From assembly GCA_044345055.1 (NCBI GenBank), contig JBIJBT010000020.1:1-38186 (forward strand): a DNA stretch of 38,186 bases, written 5' to 3'. Shown piece after piece: positions 1 to 9,372 of this stretch. Within the stretch, counting starts at the first letter, position 1; each line of letters starts with the position of its first letter. Below the pieces are notes generated by a model, which was not told the origin of the DNA, made no database searches, and saw only the letters and a list, made by a program, of their open reading frames with translations. This stretch comes from Bdellovibrionota bacterium. Lineage in GTDB: Bacteria; Bdellovibrionota_C; UBA2361; OMIW01. A program made the position numbers and the translations under genes.

Positions 1-1
1 T

Positions 2-91
2 ATCGTTGCGGCGTGTGAACGAGCGATCGCTCCTCTGGCAGCCGATGATCGGGCAACAAGAATCGTCGATGAAGCCGAGGCATTTGCGTGA
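2..91 (+). CDS. 3' end of an upstream gene truncated by the window edge (…IVAACERAIAPLAADDRATRIVDEAEAFA*)
   Basis: Frame 2 is open from the window start to TGA at 89-91 and the translation looks protein-like. Product cannot be assigned. Confidence 0.45.
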   Translation: MVAACERAIAPLAADDRATRIVDEAEAFA

Positions 92-127
92 GGGTTTCCT
101 CTTATCGCTTTTTTCGTGCTCAACCGC

Positions 128-156
128 TTGTCAACGAAGGGCTTGTTCAGTAGCAT
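128..156 (+). promoter_or_regulatory. sigma70-type promoter for tRNA-Leu
   Basis: TTGTCA (128-133)-N17-TAGCAT (151-156), followed by a GC-rich discriminator-like stretch (gtcggcgcgg) as typical of stable-RNA promoters. Confidence 0.55.
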
Positions 157-209
157 GTCGGCGCGGTAGTGATGTAGCATGTCTTGCAACTTTACAAAGC
201 CGAAAAAAT

Positions 210-293
210 GCCCAGGTGGCGGAACTGGTAGACGCGCTGGACTCAAAATCCAGTTCTGGCAACAGAGTGAGAGTTCGATTCTCTCCCTGGGCA
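210..293 (+). tRNA. tRNA-Leu (anticodon CAA), long variable arm, CCA not encoded
   Basis: Acceptor stem GCCCAGG/CCTGGGC plus discriminator A; D-arm GGCGGAACTGGTAGACGC; anticodon arm CTGGA-CTCAAAA-TCCAG; variable arm TCTG-GCAA-CAGA; T-arm GAGAG-TTCGATT-CTCTC. Confidence 0.97.
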
Positions 294-384
294 ATTCCTC
301 ATAGACCTTTCTGCGGTCCCTGATCATATTAGGCTTGTTAGCCATTAACGGCGGACCCTAACGGTTATTCGTTTTTTCAAACCT

Positions 385-1506
385 TCAAGAAGCACTAGCA
401 AGCTCGATATCAGCTTCAGACGAGACAATTCTTCTCTGAGGTGATCTATATGAAGGGAAATAATCGGCAACAGGATCCGGAATCGCCGCTACGGTGTCTT
501 CATAAATCTGATCATCAATCACCATGCGGTACACCCGATACGGGGATGAAACTGGATGAAAACCCTTCTTAAAATGAGCTAGTGAATCGTCAGCTCCTCC
601 GAGCCCTCCCCCAAGATGAAACTGCCGATACCCCTCACAAGCTCCCCACTCCGCAGCACGATGAACAATTATCTTCGGCAATCCCCGATCTCGCCATATG
701 TGGTGATGAGCCGCCAGATGATACTGCAACAGAGAGCCACATCCAAAAAGTATTACCCCCCCGATGAGTTGATCACCATTCATCGCTGATAGAAGAAACA
801 CAGAATCAGGTAGAGCAGAACTAAGCTCAAAAAAGTAATTATCTTCAAAAAAATAGCTCGATGCTGCGCTGAGTCGCTCCATATTTTCTCGATAGAGCGA
901 TGAGAAAGATTTGAGTTGATCCCAATCATTTATGGTGAACTGGATCGTGGTATCAGTTAATAGACCACGCACGGCGCGTCTAACCGAGCTTCGATAGCTC
1001 ATAAGTAACGATTCGCCTACATTGTGGTCTTTACTAATGTCGGGCAACTCAATCGTATAGGTCGTACCTATTACAGAGGAACTATCTTCAGTGACAGGAT
1101 GAAATGAAGATTCAAGAAGAGGATGAGCTCGGAGAAAAAGAGCGAGAACTCCTTCTTGCTCTGCGGCATCGCGAAGCGCGGCGAGAATCGCACCTTCCGA
1201 TTGACCGGGTCGGTTGGTAATAGGTCCGGCATAACCGTATGGTGATGCAGCATCACACCAATAGTTTCCAATTTTGCCCGAGCTACCCTCTTTTACCCAT
1301 GGCGGAAGAGCGTTGAACAATAGCGGAATTAATGCGTATTGATCGCCGTCCCGCCAGTAGAAGGCTCCCGTCTTTTGAGGATTTTCGTGTGATGCCGCGA
1401 CTATTCGCAGATATTCTGGCTTGTGATACAGGTCGTGGGGAATGTGCCGCAACGCATCTTCCCACCGTGGATCGTCAACTGAGATGAATTGAGAATCTCG
1501 AGCCAC
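385..1506 (-). CDS. GNAT-superfamily N-acyltransferase, FemAB-like/Acetyltransf_6 type
   Basis: Motifs SPYGYAGP, FLRAHPL, QYHLAA and FHLGGGLGGADDSLAHFKKGF are typical of this family. Start moved from 1551 to the GTG at 1506 because AAGGAGGTG lies just upstream of it. Confidence 0.8.
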   Translation of the reverse strand: MARDSQFISVDDPRWEDALRHIPHDLYHKPEYLRIVAASHENPQKTGAFYWRDGDQYALIPLLFNALPPWVKEGSSGKIGNYWCDAASPYGYAGPITNRPGQSEGAILAALRDAAEQEGVLALFLRAHPLLESSFHPVTEDSSSVIGTTYTIELPDISKDHNVGESLLMSYRSSVRRAVRGLLTDTTIQFTINDWDQLKSFSSLYRENMERLSAASSYFFEDNYFFELSSALPDSVFLLSAMNGDQLIGGVILFGCGSLLQYHLAAHHHIWRDRGLPKIIVHRAAEWGACEGYRQFHLGGGLGGADDSLAHFKKGFHPVSSPYRVYRMVIDDQIYEDTVAAIPDPVADYFPSYRSPQRRIVSSEADIELASAS

Positions 1507-1644
1507 TCGACACCTCCTTTTTCGCAGTGCGTGGAGCCGGAGGAAGGGCATATTGAAAGCCCTTCCCTAAGAAGACCCTAGCACGCGCCCTTTGAATGAC
1601 ACAAATGGAAAAAAGAGGAGGGCGGTGTTATTGATCGTATCTAC

Positions 1645-4600
1645 TCAGTTCGCTGCTGATGAGCTGCTTTCTCCGACTGCTCGATTAATCGCCACCCGCA
1701 GGGGCAGCTCATCGATCTCTGTTTGCTCCTCTCGGAGAAACTCTGCAACCTCACTCAAAGAGAATGATATATCCGTGGCTAAAACTTCCCCCGCAATGTA
1801 ATCAAGGTGCGCTTTAAGATGAAGCTCAAGCTCAGAATCAGCTAGAACTACGACCTCGATCCGATCAGAGACGGCAAGATCTGCATCTTTTCGCATCTTC
1901 TGAATTCTACTGACTAACTCACGGGCTCGTCCCTCGGCGATAAGGTCGGGGGTAAGGGTTGTATCGAAAAATACGGTAACCCCAAGCGCAGTTTCGACCT
2001 CTAGCTTTGCTTTCGGTGTGCGGGTAATCGCCACCTCTGATAGATGAACCGTTTGACCCAGTACCTCGATTGCGCCTGCCTCCTCAAACGCCGCAATTTC
2101 TGAGGCGGACAATCGTTGGAGCGTTGCGGTAAGCTCGCGCATCTGTGCGCCGAAACGTGGCCCAAGCACCGGAAAGAGTGGCTTTACCTTGAGATCAACG
2201 ACTGAGCCTTCGTCATCAGAGAAGAGTATCTCCTTCACGTTTAGCTCTTCCCGAATCTGCTCGCCATAATCGCGCAACCACTGAGCGGCCCTGGCATCTC
2301 TGGTCACTACCGTGAGGGATGCTAAAGGTTGGCGAATGCGGAGTGTGAGCCGCGTTCTCAATGAGCGACCTAACTCGACGGCACGCTGAATAAGTGCCAT
2401 ACCCCCCTCTAATTCAGAGGATATCAGCGCAGGCGCGGTGCATGGATAATCGCACAGATGCACACTTTCCGGAGCATTCGGAACGAGAGAGGCAAGATTT
2501 CGGTACACCTCCTCCGTGATGAAAGGAGTAAACGGAGCAAGCACCTTCGTGAAATTGAGCAAGACCCAGAAAAGGGTGTCGTACCCAGCCTGTTTGTCGA
2601 TAGCATTATCGGACCAGAAGCGACGACGAGAACGGCGAACGTACCAATTGGTTAGATCTTCTAGAAATACGAGCAACGCCGGAGTTACGTTGTAGAGCCG
2701 ATATTCACCCATCTCTCGCTCAATATCAGCAAGGAGAGACTGGAACCGTGAAACTATCCACGCATCAAGAATATTGTGGCTTACAACCTCTCCGAGGGCC
2801 GCTGAGGAGTCTTGTTCATCAAAAAGGCCAGGTGACGGTTGATATTTATCAACTTCACCATAGGTGGTCAGGAAGGAATAGGCGTTCCAATACGGCAACA
2901 GGACAGAACGAACAATATCTTTTACCCCCGCCTCAGAGAAGCGAAGCGGTTCACCCCGGACAACTGGTGAGGTAACCATATAAAGCCGCAGCGCATCAGC
3001 ACCGTACTCCTCCATCACCCCCATCGGGTCTGGATAGTTTGCGAGGCTCTTCGACATTTTACGACCATCTTCCGCGAGGATCATTCCGGAAACAATCACG
3101 TTCCGAAATGGAGCTCGCTTAAAGAGCGCGGTCGAAAGAACCAGTAGTGTGTAAAACCATCCGCGAGTTTGATCGAGCGCCTCAGCGATAAAATCGGCGG
3201 GAAATACCCGTTCGAACTTTTCTCGATTCTCAAATGGATAGTGAAGATAACCGTAGGGCATCGACCCGGACTCAAACCAACAATCGAGCACCTCAGGAAC
3301 CCGATTCATCACACCCGATTCACAAGCGCTGCACCGCCACGAGAGGGTATCGACGATATGTTTGTGGAGATCGGTGACCTTTGTGCCACTGCGCTCCTCG
3401 AGAGTTTCCTGAGAGGCAACACACTCTGTCGCACCACAACAATCGCAACGCCATACCGGAATAGGTGTTCCCCAAAAACGGTTCCGCGAAATATTCCAAT
3501 CTCGCGCCTCTCGAATCCAGTTACCAAATCGTCCCTTTCCGATCGCCTCTGGGACCCAATGGATCGTCTCGTTAAGAGCAACCATCTCATCGCGAAGATC
3601 TTCGACCCGAACATACCAAGCCGTTATTGCCTTATAAATGAGAGGCGTTCCCGAGCGCTCACAGAAAGGATAGCTGTGCTCGATCGTCGCCTGAGCAAAA
3701 AGGCGTCCTCGATCTTTGAGAGCACGGATTATCAGACGATCAGCCTCCTTGATGTTTATTCCAACAAAATCCGGTGCTAATTCATTAAAATTACCGGAAA
3801 CATCTACTGGATCCACGAGAGGAATTTGGTGGCGCGCGCACACCCGATAGTCATCCTCACCGTGAGCGGGAGATTGATGCACGATACCGGTACCATCATC
3901 TGTCGTTACATACGGATCACTGAGAACTCGGAACGCACCAGCTTCCCGAAGATTTTTGAAATATGGGAAGAGCGGCTCGTAGCTTAATCCCTCAAGAGAG
4001 GATCCGAGCATCGTTGCCTCAACGGTACGCGCACCGGCGTCGGGAAAGATCACATCGAGCCGAGATGCCGCAACGATATATCGCTTCCCCTGATAAAGGA
4101 CCTGCACATAATCAATCTCTGGTCCAACACAGAGTGCAAGATTTGACGGTAGAGTCCAGGGAGTCGTAGTCCACGCAAGGAGCTCAACCCCCGGTCTTTC
4201 TCGAATCGGAAACGACACCGTTATCGCTGGATCTTGCACCGTACGATAATCTTTGCTCGCCTCAAAGTTTGAAAGGGGTGTCGACAGCCGCCAACTAAAG
4301 GGCATTACCCGATGCCCCTCGTAGACGCGCCCCTGTTTCCACAATTCACCGAAAACCCACCATACCGATTCCATAAAGGTGGTATCGAGAGTTTTGTAAT
4401 CGTTCCGAAAATCGATCCAACGACCAAGCCGTTCAGTTACTCGCTCCCAGTCCTCGACATATCGAAAAACTCCCTGACGACACGCTTCATTAAACTTGTC
4501 GACTCCATAAGCCAAAATATCCTCACGGCCCTTAAGTGATAGGGTCTTTTCGGTGATCATCTCGATCGGCAATCCGTGGCAATCCCAACCAAATCGACGC

Positions 4601-4836
4601 TCAACATGACACCCCTTCATCGTTTGATAACGGGGAATTATATCTTTCGTTGTTCCTTGCAAAAGGTGACCGTAGTGAGGCAAACCGGTCGCAAAGGGAG
4701 GGCCATCATAGAAAAAGAATTCTTTCTGTCCCTCTCGATGTTCAAGACTGCGGCGAAACATATCGGTCTCACGCCACCACGCAAGTATCTGGTGTTCAAC
4801 GAGGGGAAGATGTATCTGAGGAGAAACTCTTTTCAT
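1645..4836 (-). CDS. ileS: Isoleucine--tRNA ligase, type 2 (eukaryote-like)
   Basis: DGPPFATGLPHYGH (HIGH motif), GWDCHGLP, WTTTPWTLPSN, DQTRGWF and KMSKS. At 1063 aa it has the long type-2 C-terminus (EGRARELVSRIQKMRK). Confidence 0.97.
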   Translation of the reverse strand: MKRVSPQIHLPLVEHQILAWWRETDMFRRSLEHREGQKEFFFYDGPPFATGLPHYGHLLQGTTKDIIPRYQTMKGCHVERRFGWDCHGLPIEMITEKTLSLKGREDILAYGVDKFNEACRQGVFRYVEDWERVTERLGRWIDFRNDYKTLDTTFMESVWWVFGELWKQGRVYEGHRVMPFSWRLSTPLSNFEASKDYRTVQDPAITVSFPIRERPGVELLAWTTTPWTLPSNLALCVGPEIDYVQVLYQGKRYIVAASRLDVIFPDAGARTVEATMLGSSLEGLSYEPLFPYFKNLREAGAFRVLSDPYVTTDDGTGIVHQSPAHGEDDYRVCARHQIPLVDPVDVSGNFNELAPDFVGINIKEADRLIIRALKDRGRLFAQATIEHSYPFCERSGTPLIYKAITAWYVRVEDLRDEMVALNETIHWVPEAIGKGRFGNWIREARDWNISRNRFWGTPIPVWRCDCCGATECVASQETLEERSGTKVTDLHKHIVDTLSWRCSACESGVMNRVPEVLDCWFESGSMPYGYLHYPFENREKFERVFPADFIAEALDQTRGWFYTLLVLSTALFKRAPFRNVIVSGMILAEDGRKMSKSLANYPDPMGVMEEYGADALRLYMVTSPVVRGEPLRFSEAGVKDIVRSVLLPYWNAYSFLTTYGEVDKYQPSPGLFDEQDSSAALGEVVSHNILDAWIVSRFQSLLADIEREMGEYRLYNVTPALLVFLEDLTNWYVRRSRRRFWSDNAIDKQAGYDTLFWVLLNFTKVLAPFTPFITEEVYRNLASLVPNAPESVHLCDYPCTAPALISSELEGGMALIQRAVELGRSLRTRLTLRIRQPLASLTVVTRDARAAQWLRDYGEQIREELNVKEILFSDDEGSVVDLKVKPLFPVLGPRFGAQMRELTATLQRLSASEIAAFEEAGAIEVLGQTVHLSEVAITRTPKAKLEVETALGVTVFFDTTLTPDLIAEGRARELVSRIQKMRKDADLAVSDRIEVVVLADSELELHLKAHLDYIAGEVLATDISFSLSEVAEFLREEQTEIDELPLRVAINRAVGESSSSAAN

Positions 4837-4971
4837 GGGGAAAGTACTTCGGAGTTGCGTTTAAGTGCTCATCAGAGCGGTTGTTACAACGAGTGTACGA
4901 CACACAGATGTTAGAGGCTCGTACTGAAAAAGTGCGTCCTAAAAAAATTGATCAGCGAAGTTTATTTTTTA

Positions 4972-6189
4972 CTATTCAGCCACACCCTCAGAATAAATGC
5001 CACCTCGATCGATTAACAAAGACACCTTTCGCATCACCTCATCGATCGCCGCATCAGGGGTACTCGCTCCGGCAGTCAAGGCTATTCGGACTGGGCGTGT
5101 ATTCGGCAACCAATTTTGAGTTTGAAGAGCATCGCCCTCTGGAGTTAAGTGGAAAATTCCTCCGTCATCATCGATATCCTCAGCACCCCGAATATGATAA
5201 GTGATAAATCGAGAGCGAAGTAGTCTGGCCAAGTTGGCGGTATTAGATGAATTAAATCCCCCGACAACAATCGCAAAATCAGCCTCCTCAGCTAGCAGCG
5301 CTCGAGCTGCCGATTGATTCTCTGAAGTTGCATAACAGAGGGTGTCTCGTGTATCAGCAAAATGCTCTGAGATGGCGTCATCACCGAATCGATCAATCAG
5401 GGCGTTTCTAACCAATCGCCCCACTTCCTGAGTCTCTTCAGCAAGCATCGTGGTCTGATTAATCACTCCCAGCCGCTGTAGATGGACCGATGGATCAAAC
5501 CCTGGCGTCACCTTCGAACCGAAATCGCGGAAAAATTCATCTCGACTACCCTCCCCACGAATAAATCGGCAGAGATTTTCCACCTCGCCTATCGTCTTTA
5601 CGACCACGCCCCCAGGCGCACATCGTTGAACCCGCGAAAATGTGGCACGGGTTTCTTCATGATATCCTTTCCCGTGTACAACAAGAGAAAAACCCTCTTT
5701 CCCAAGCTGCGCCGCACGCCGCCATACCTTCTCAACAAATGGACAGGTGGCATCGTACGCCTCTATCGAAACTCCAACAGATGCGAGCTCCTCCATCACG
5801 GAAAGGGGCGCACCGAATGCGGGCACGATGACGATGTCATCAGAGGATAGGGTTTGCGTTGAAATAATCTCCTTCCCATCACTCGTTCGCAAAAACTGAA
5901 CACCTCGTCGCTCCAAATCCGCATTAACTGCTGGATTATGAATCATTTCACTGACGAGAAACACACGGCTACCCCCACTTTCAGCGAGCGCTCGGTAAGC
6001 TACCTCAACCGCATTATCAACCCCAAAACAGAACCCAAAATGGCGTGCAACCAAAAAAACAACCCCATTCCACTCAACGTGAGTAGGCGCGAGATCACGT
6101 TTTCGTGGATCCTCGTCAAGCCGCTTCCGCCGAATACCTGTTACAAAATCAGAAAAATATTGAGTTTCCTGTGAACGTGGATTTTTCAT
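4972..6189 (-). CDS. ispH: 4-hydroxy-3-methylbut-2-enyl diphosphate reductase (long form)
   Basis: Three Fe-S cysteine motifs (FGFCFGV, DATCPFV, DTLCYAT), plus EMIHNP, NQTT, VGGFNSSNT and TAGASTPD. Confidence 0.95.
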   Translation of the reverse strand: MKNPRSQETQYFSDFVTGIRRKRLDEDPRKRDLAPTHVEWNGVVFLVARHFGFCFGVDNAVEVAYRALAESGGSRVFLVSEMIHNPAVNADLERRGVQFLRTSDGKEIISTQTLSSDDIVIVPAFGAPLSVMEELASVGVSIEAYDATCPFVEKVWRRAAQLGKEGFSLVVHGKGYHEETRATFSRVQRCAPGGVVVKTIGEVENLCRFIRGEGSRDEFFRDFGSKVTPGFDPSVHLQRLGVINQTTMLAEETQEVGRLVRNALIDRFGDDAISEHFADTRDTLCYATSENQSAARALLAEEADFAIVVGGFNSSNTANLARLLRSRFITYHIRGAEDIDDDGGIFHLTPEGDALQTQNWLPNTRPVRIALTAGASTPDAAIDEVMRKVSLLIDRGGIYSEGVAE

Positions 6190-6261
6190 CGTAAAAGATC
6201 AACATCATCAAAATATTTTCATCGCCTGACAGAACGTTTCTATCAAGCCACAAGGACAAAG

Positions 6262-7104
6262 TCACCGCTTATCGATCTTAACACGAGCAGGTAAATCCTT
6301 ATTTGGTTCAGTTCGCTTTTTTATCGAAATAGGCTCTAGGGAGATACCCGACCTATCAACGGTCCAGTTCACCATACGAAGCGAAGATGGCAACGGTGGT
6401 ATGATCGTTGGCTGCTTCGACAGCTCACCCAATATATGCTGAAGATGATCAGAGAGATTACTTCCTGCCACAATACCGGATGGCCCGATATCACCTCTAA
6501 AAGAGGATCGCGATCCATTTTTTCCAAGAGCAAGAGGAGCGCTTGATACAGGAAAGGGAAGCCCTGTTACTTCATGACCACCAAGGGTAAGTACCGTTTC
6601 GGAACTCTTAAGTGAATGAGCAACGGTGTGAAATCCAAGGAATCGATCACCTCGAAAACTCACTGCAAGGAGATACCACTTATGGAGTTCAATCTCTACA
6701 TCAGGGAAGGGATACCACCCACCAACTCTCGAACCTCCTTTCCAGTAAACCTCGGGCCTAACTCCAGCCCTTCCTCGCACGAGTGCCAACCCAAATCCCT
6801 GTCGGTCACTCGACTTTTCGTCATACTTTAACGCGACTATCGCCCGTGCTCCCTTGGTTGGATACTTAGAAAATCGAACCCAAAGAAAAACAAGAAAATC
6901 CTCTCCTGCTTTAGGATTAAAACTCTCGCTTTTTCCGATCGTCGCAAGAAAAGAGCCCTGTTGAGCTCCAAGGACAACAGGCACTTTTGAAATAGATCTA
7001 TCCTTGATACTTGAGAACCTCTTAGCCTTAACCATAAAAAAAAGGGCAAGGACTGCTCCTATAACGATCGCAGTCCAAACCCATTTTTTTTTCTTGGGAT
7101 ACAT
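6262..7104 (-). CDS. Membrane-anchored hypothetical protein with a probable LamG/concanavalin-A-like beta-sandwich
   Basis: A basic N-terminus and hydrophobic helix (KKKKWVWTAIVIGAVLALFFMV) are followed by LamG-like strands (DFLVFLWVR, KWYLLAVSF, PLALGK…FRGDIG). Confidence 0.55.
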   Translation of the reverse strand: MYPKKKKWVWTAIVIGAVLALFFMVKAKRFSSIKDRSISKVPVVLGAQQGSFLATIGKSESFNPKAGEDFLVFLWVRFSKYPTKGARAIVALKYDEKSSDRQGFGLALVRGRAGVRPEVYWKGGSRVGGWYPFPDVEIELHKWYLLAVSFRGDRFLGFHTVAHSLKSSETVLTLGGHEVTGLPFPVSSAPLALGKNGSRSSFRGDIGPSGIVAGSNLSDHLQHILGELSKQPTIIPPLPSSLRMVNWTVDRSGISLEPISIKKRTEPNKDLPARVKIDKR

Positions 7105-7127
7105 ACGGTTCGCCCGAGTATCGCTCC

Positions 7128-7658
7128 TTAACTCTCGTCAGCTGCGGAAGCCGACTGAGCTCGAGCAGCCTCGAGTGCCTCTTCCTCTCTTTTCTTAGCA
7201 AGAGCTCGCGCCGCTGCATCAGCTACGACCGAAATTGTGATCGGCACCGACACTTCAGCGTGCAATTTAACCTGAATACGATAATCGCCAGCCATTCGAA
7301 TCGGCTCAGGGAGTTTTATTTGTCGACGATCAATGGTGAAACCACGAGCAGAGAGAGCCTCCTCGATATCTCGAGTGGTGATTGAGCCAAAGCTCTTGCC
7401 CGAATCACCGAACTTGAGAGCGAACTCAAGAACGATTCCAGCAACATTTCCACCAAAAGCCTCAGCTTGAGCCCGCTTCTTTGCCTTAATGGCATTTATC
7501 TGAGCCATTCGGTGGGCGATAACACGTCCACTCGATGAGCTCATTTCAACAGCAAGGCCACGAGGTATAAGGAAGTTTCTCGCAAAACCCCGCTTTACAG
7601 TTACTGTGTCGCCGACATAACCAAGGGAGGGATAGTCCTCCGAAAGTATTACTTGCAT
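7128..7658 (-). CDS. rplI: 50S ribosomal protein L9
   Basis: MQVILSED…LGYVGDTVTVKRGFARNFLIPRGLA, FGSITTRDI and VKLHAEV. Confidence 0.97.
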   Translation of the reverse strand: MQVILSEDYPSLGYVGDTVTVKRGFARNFLIPRGLAVEMSSSSGRVIAHRMAQINAIKAKKRAQAEAFGGNVAGIVLEFALKFGDSGKSFGSITTRDIEEALSARGFTIDRRQIKLPEPIRMAGDYRIQVKLHAEVSVPITISVVADAAARALAKKREEEALEAARAQSASAADES

Positions 7659-7702
7659 GGTGTCTTCCTCCGCTTTACAAAATTCTGGCTTGGCTATTTT
7701 TC

Positions 7703-8080
7703 TTACAGATCTTCTTCTACAAAATCGTCGTCGCTATCGTCCGACAACCCCGCCCCATGCCTCTTTGGATTCCCATGGAACTTACGAGCTTTATCGCTGA
7801 GTTTGTGGATCTGGAACTTGGCTACTCGCTCCATCAGTCGAAGCGATAAAACCAGTTCGTTGATCTCTTTGGCTACCGGTAGATCGAAAGAGAAAACCGA
7901 GTATGTACCGAGCTTGCTTCCATGCACAGCATAGGCGACCTCTTTTTTACCCCAGCTTGTCAATCCTATATTTACTCCGCCCCGTGCAGAAATTAATGAC
8001 TGAATGCGGGATGTTTCATCCTTTATCCCATCGTCAGCCAACGACCCCGGAAATACGACCACTGCCTCATACTTGTTCAT
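7703..8080 (-). CDS. rpsF: 30S ribosomal protein S6
   Basis: MNKYEAVVVF and WGKKEVAYAV motifs, acidic C-terminal tail, and position between pth and rplI. Confidence 0.92.
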   Translation of the reverse strand: MNKYEAVVVFPGSLADDGIKDETSRIQSLISARGGVNIGLTSWGKKEVAYAVHGSKLGTYSVFSFDLPVAKEINELVLSLRLMERVAKFQIHKLSDKARKFHGNPKRHGAGLSDDSDDDFVEEDL

Positions 8081-8120
8081 ACCCTACTCCCACCTGGTTT
8101 AGATATCTCTTACTTAACCG

Positions 8121-8705
8121 TTATTTTCCCAACTTTACCGTCTTTCGGCCGGTCAGCTGCTGCGCACTCTGTAATCCTTTCAGCAGTATCTCCTCGACCA
8201 CCTCTGCTGCTGCATTTACAAATTCGTCCAACTTCCTACGTTCATCAGCACTGAAGGAGCCAAGAACCCAGTCAGCCACCTCTATGGCCGGGTGGGTTGG
8301 ACGCCCAATACCTACTCGAACTCTATAGTACCCAGGCCCGCCGAGGTGCTGCGAAAGTGAGCGAAGACCATTATGTCCCGCATCGCCCCCACCCATCTTA
8401 ACGCGGAGCGCACCGAACGAAATGTCTAACTCGTCATGAACCGCAACGATCCTTTCCTTTGGGATCTGGAAGAAGCGGGCGATACGACCGACTGCCTCCC
8501 CGCTACGATTCATAAAGGTAGTGGGTTTTACCAGCACGACCTCCGTACCGTTCATCACTCCCCGAACGACCTCGGCGTCTCGATCTTTTCGAAAAGAACC
8601 CGAGCCGATCCTCCGAGCTAACTCTTCGACTACCAAGAACCCGGCGTTATGCCGAGTTCCTTCGTACTGCGTTCCTGGGTTACCTAGTCCAGCAATAAGA
8701 AACAT
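8121..8705 (-). CDS. pth: Peptidyl-tRNA hydrolase
   Basis: LIAGLGNPG…TRHNAGF, KPTTFMNRSG, HDELD, GHNGLRS and RVRVGIGRP. Confidence 0.98.
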   Translation of the reverse strand: MFLIAGLGNPGTQYEGTRHNAGFLVVEELARRIGSGSFRKDRDAEVVRGVMNGTEVVLVKPTTFMNRSGEAVGRIARFFQIPKERIVAVHDELDISFGALRVKMGGGDAGHNGLRSLSQHLGGPGYYRVRVGIGRPTHPAIEVADWVLGSFSADERRKLDEFVNAAAEVVEEILLKGLQSAQQLTGRKTVKLGK

Positions 8706-8778
8706 GTATTATCGCCTCTTATTACCTGAGTAGCTTACCTTAGCAGCATGTCCCTCCAGCCGCCATAAGAGTTAAAGA

Positions 8779-9372
8779 CTAGGATGGCTTACCTGATTCA
8801 GCCGCTTCGCCTCCTGCCGCTACGACCGTCACGATAGTCTCCTCTGGCTCGTCTACAAGAGTGACACCTTCAGGAAGAACGATATCTCGAGCGTGAATGC
8901 TTTGACCGAGACCAAGCTTGGTGACATCTACGACAATCTCCGAGGGAATGCTTTTCGGCAAACACGCAACCGAGATCTCGTGTATCATCCAGGAGAGAAT
9001 TCCTTTATCAATCTTCACCCCAGGAGCCTCACCCGAGAGTCGAACAGCTATCGCAAGTGTTACCTCTTCATCTTCTCGCATTGCCTGCAGATCAACATGC
9101 AATACCTGACCCTTCACCGAGTCTCGAGCTATGTCGCGAACGAGCACAGGACGGCCATCCAGCTTGCTGCTTTCACTTTTGAGTGTAAATACTTGGCTCG
9201 GCTTCGCCTGTTTGGCGAGGGTTGTAAACTCTTTTAGTCCGAGCGCTACTGCTACCGATTCCTCGCCCCGGTGGTACATAACCCCCGGCACTTCTCCTCG
9301 CCGTCGCAATCCCCGACATGCGCGGGACCCTGTATCAGCCCGCTCCTGAACCTGTAACGTAAAATCAGCCAC
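8779..9372 (-). CDS. rplY: 50S ribosomal protein L25/general stress protein Ctc
   Basis: LRRRGEVPGVMY, LHVDL, CLPKSIP and IHARDIVLPEGV; conserved prs-rplY-pth synteny. Confidence 0.95.
   Translation of the reverse strand: MADFTLQVQERADTGSRACRGLRRRGEVPGVMYHRGEESVAVALGLKEFTTLAKQAKPSQVFTLKSESSKLDGRPVLVRDIARDSVKGQVLHVDLQAMREDEEVTLAIAVRLSGEAPGVKIDKGILSWMIHEISVACLPKSIPSEIVVDVTKLGLGQSIHARDIVLPEGVTLVDEPEETIVTVVAAGGEAAESGKPS

Noticed and set aside
6..323. 105-aa + strand ORF
   Set aside because: It runs through the tRNA-Leu gene and its promoter, so it is spurious.
3169..5850. Several 100-200-aa + strand ORFs opposite ileS and ispH
   Set aside because: They are antisense shadows of well-conserved genes and have no motifs of their own.
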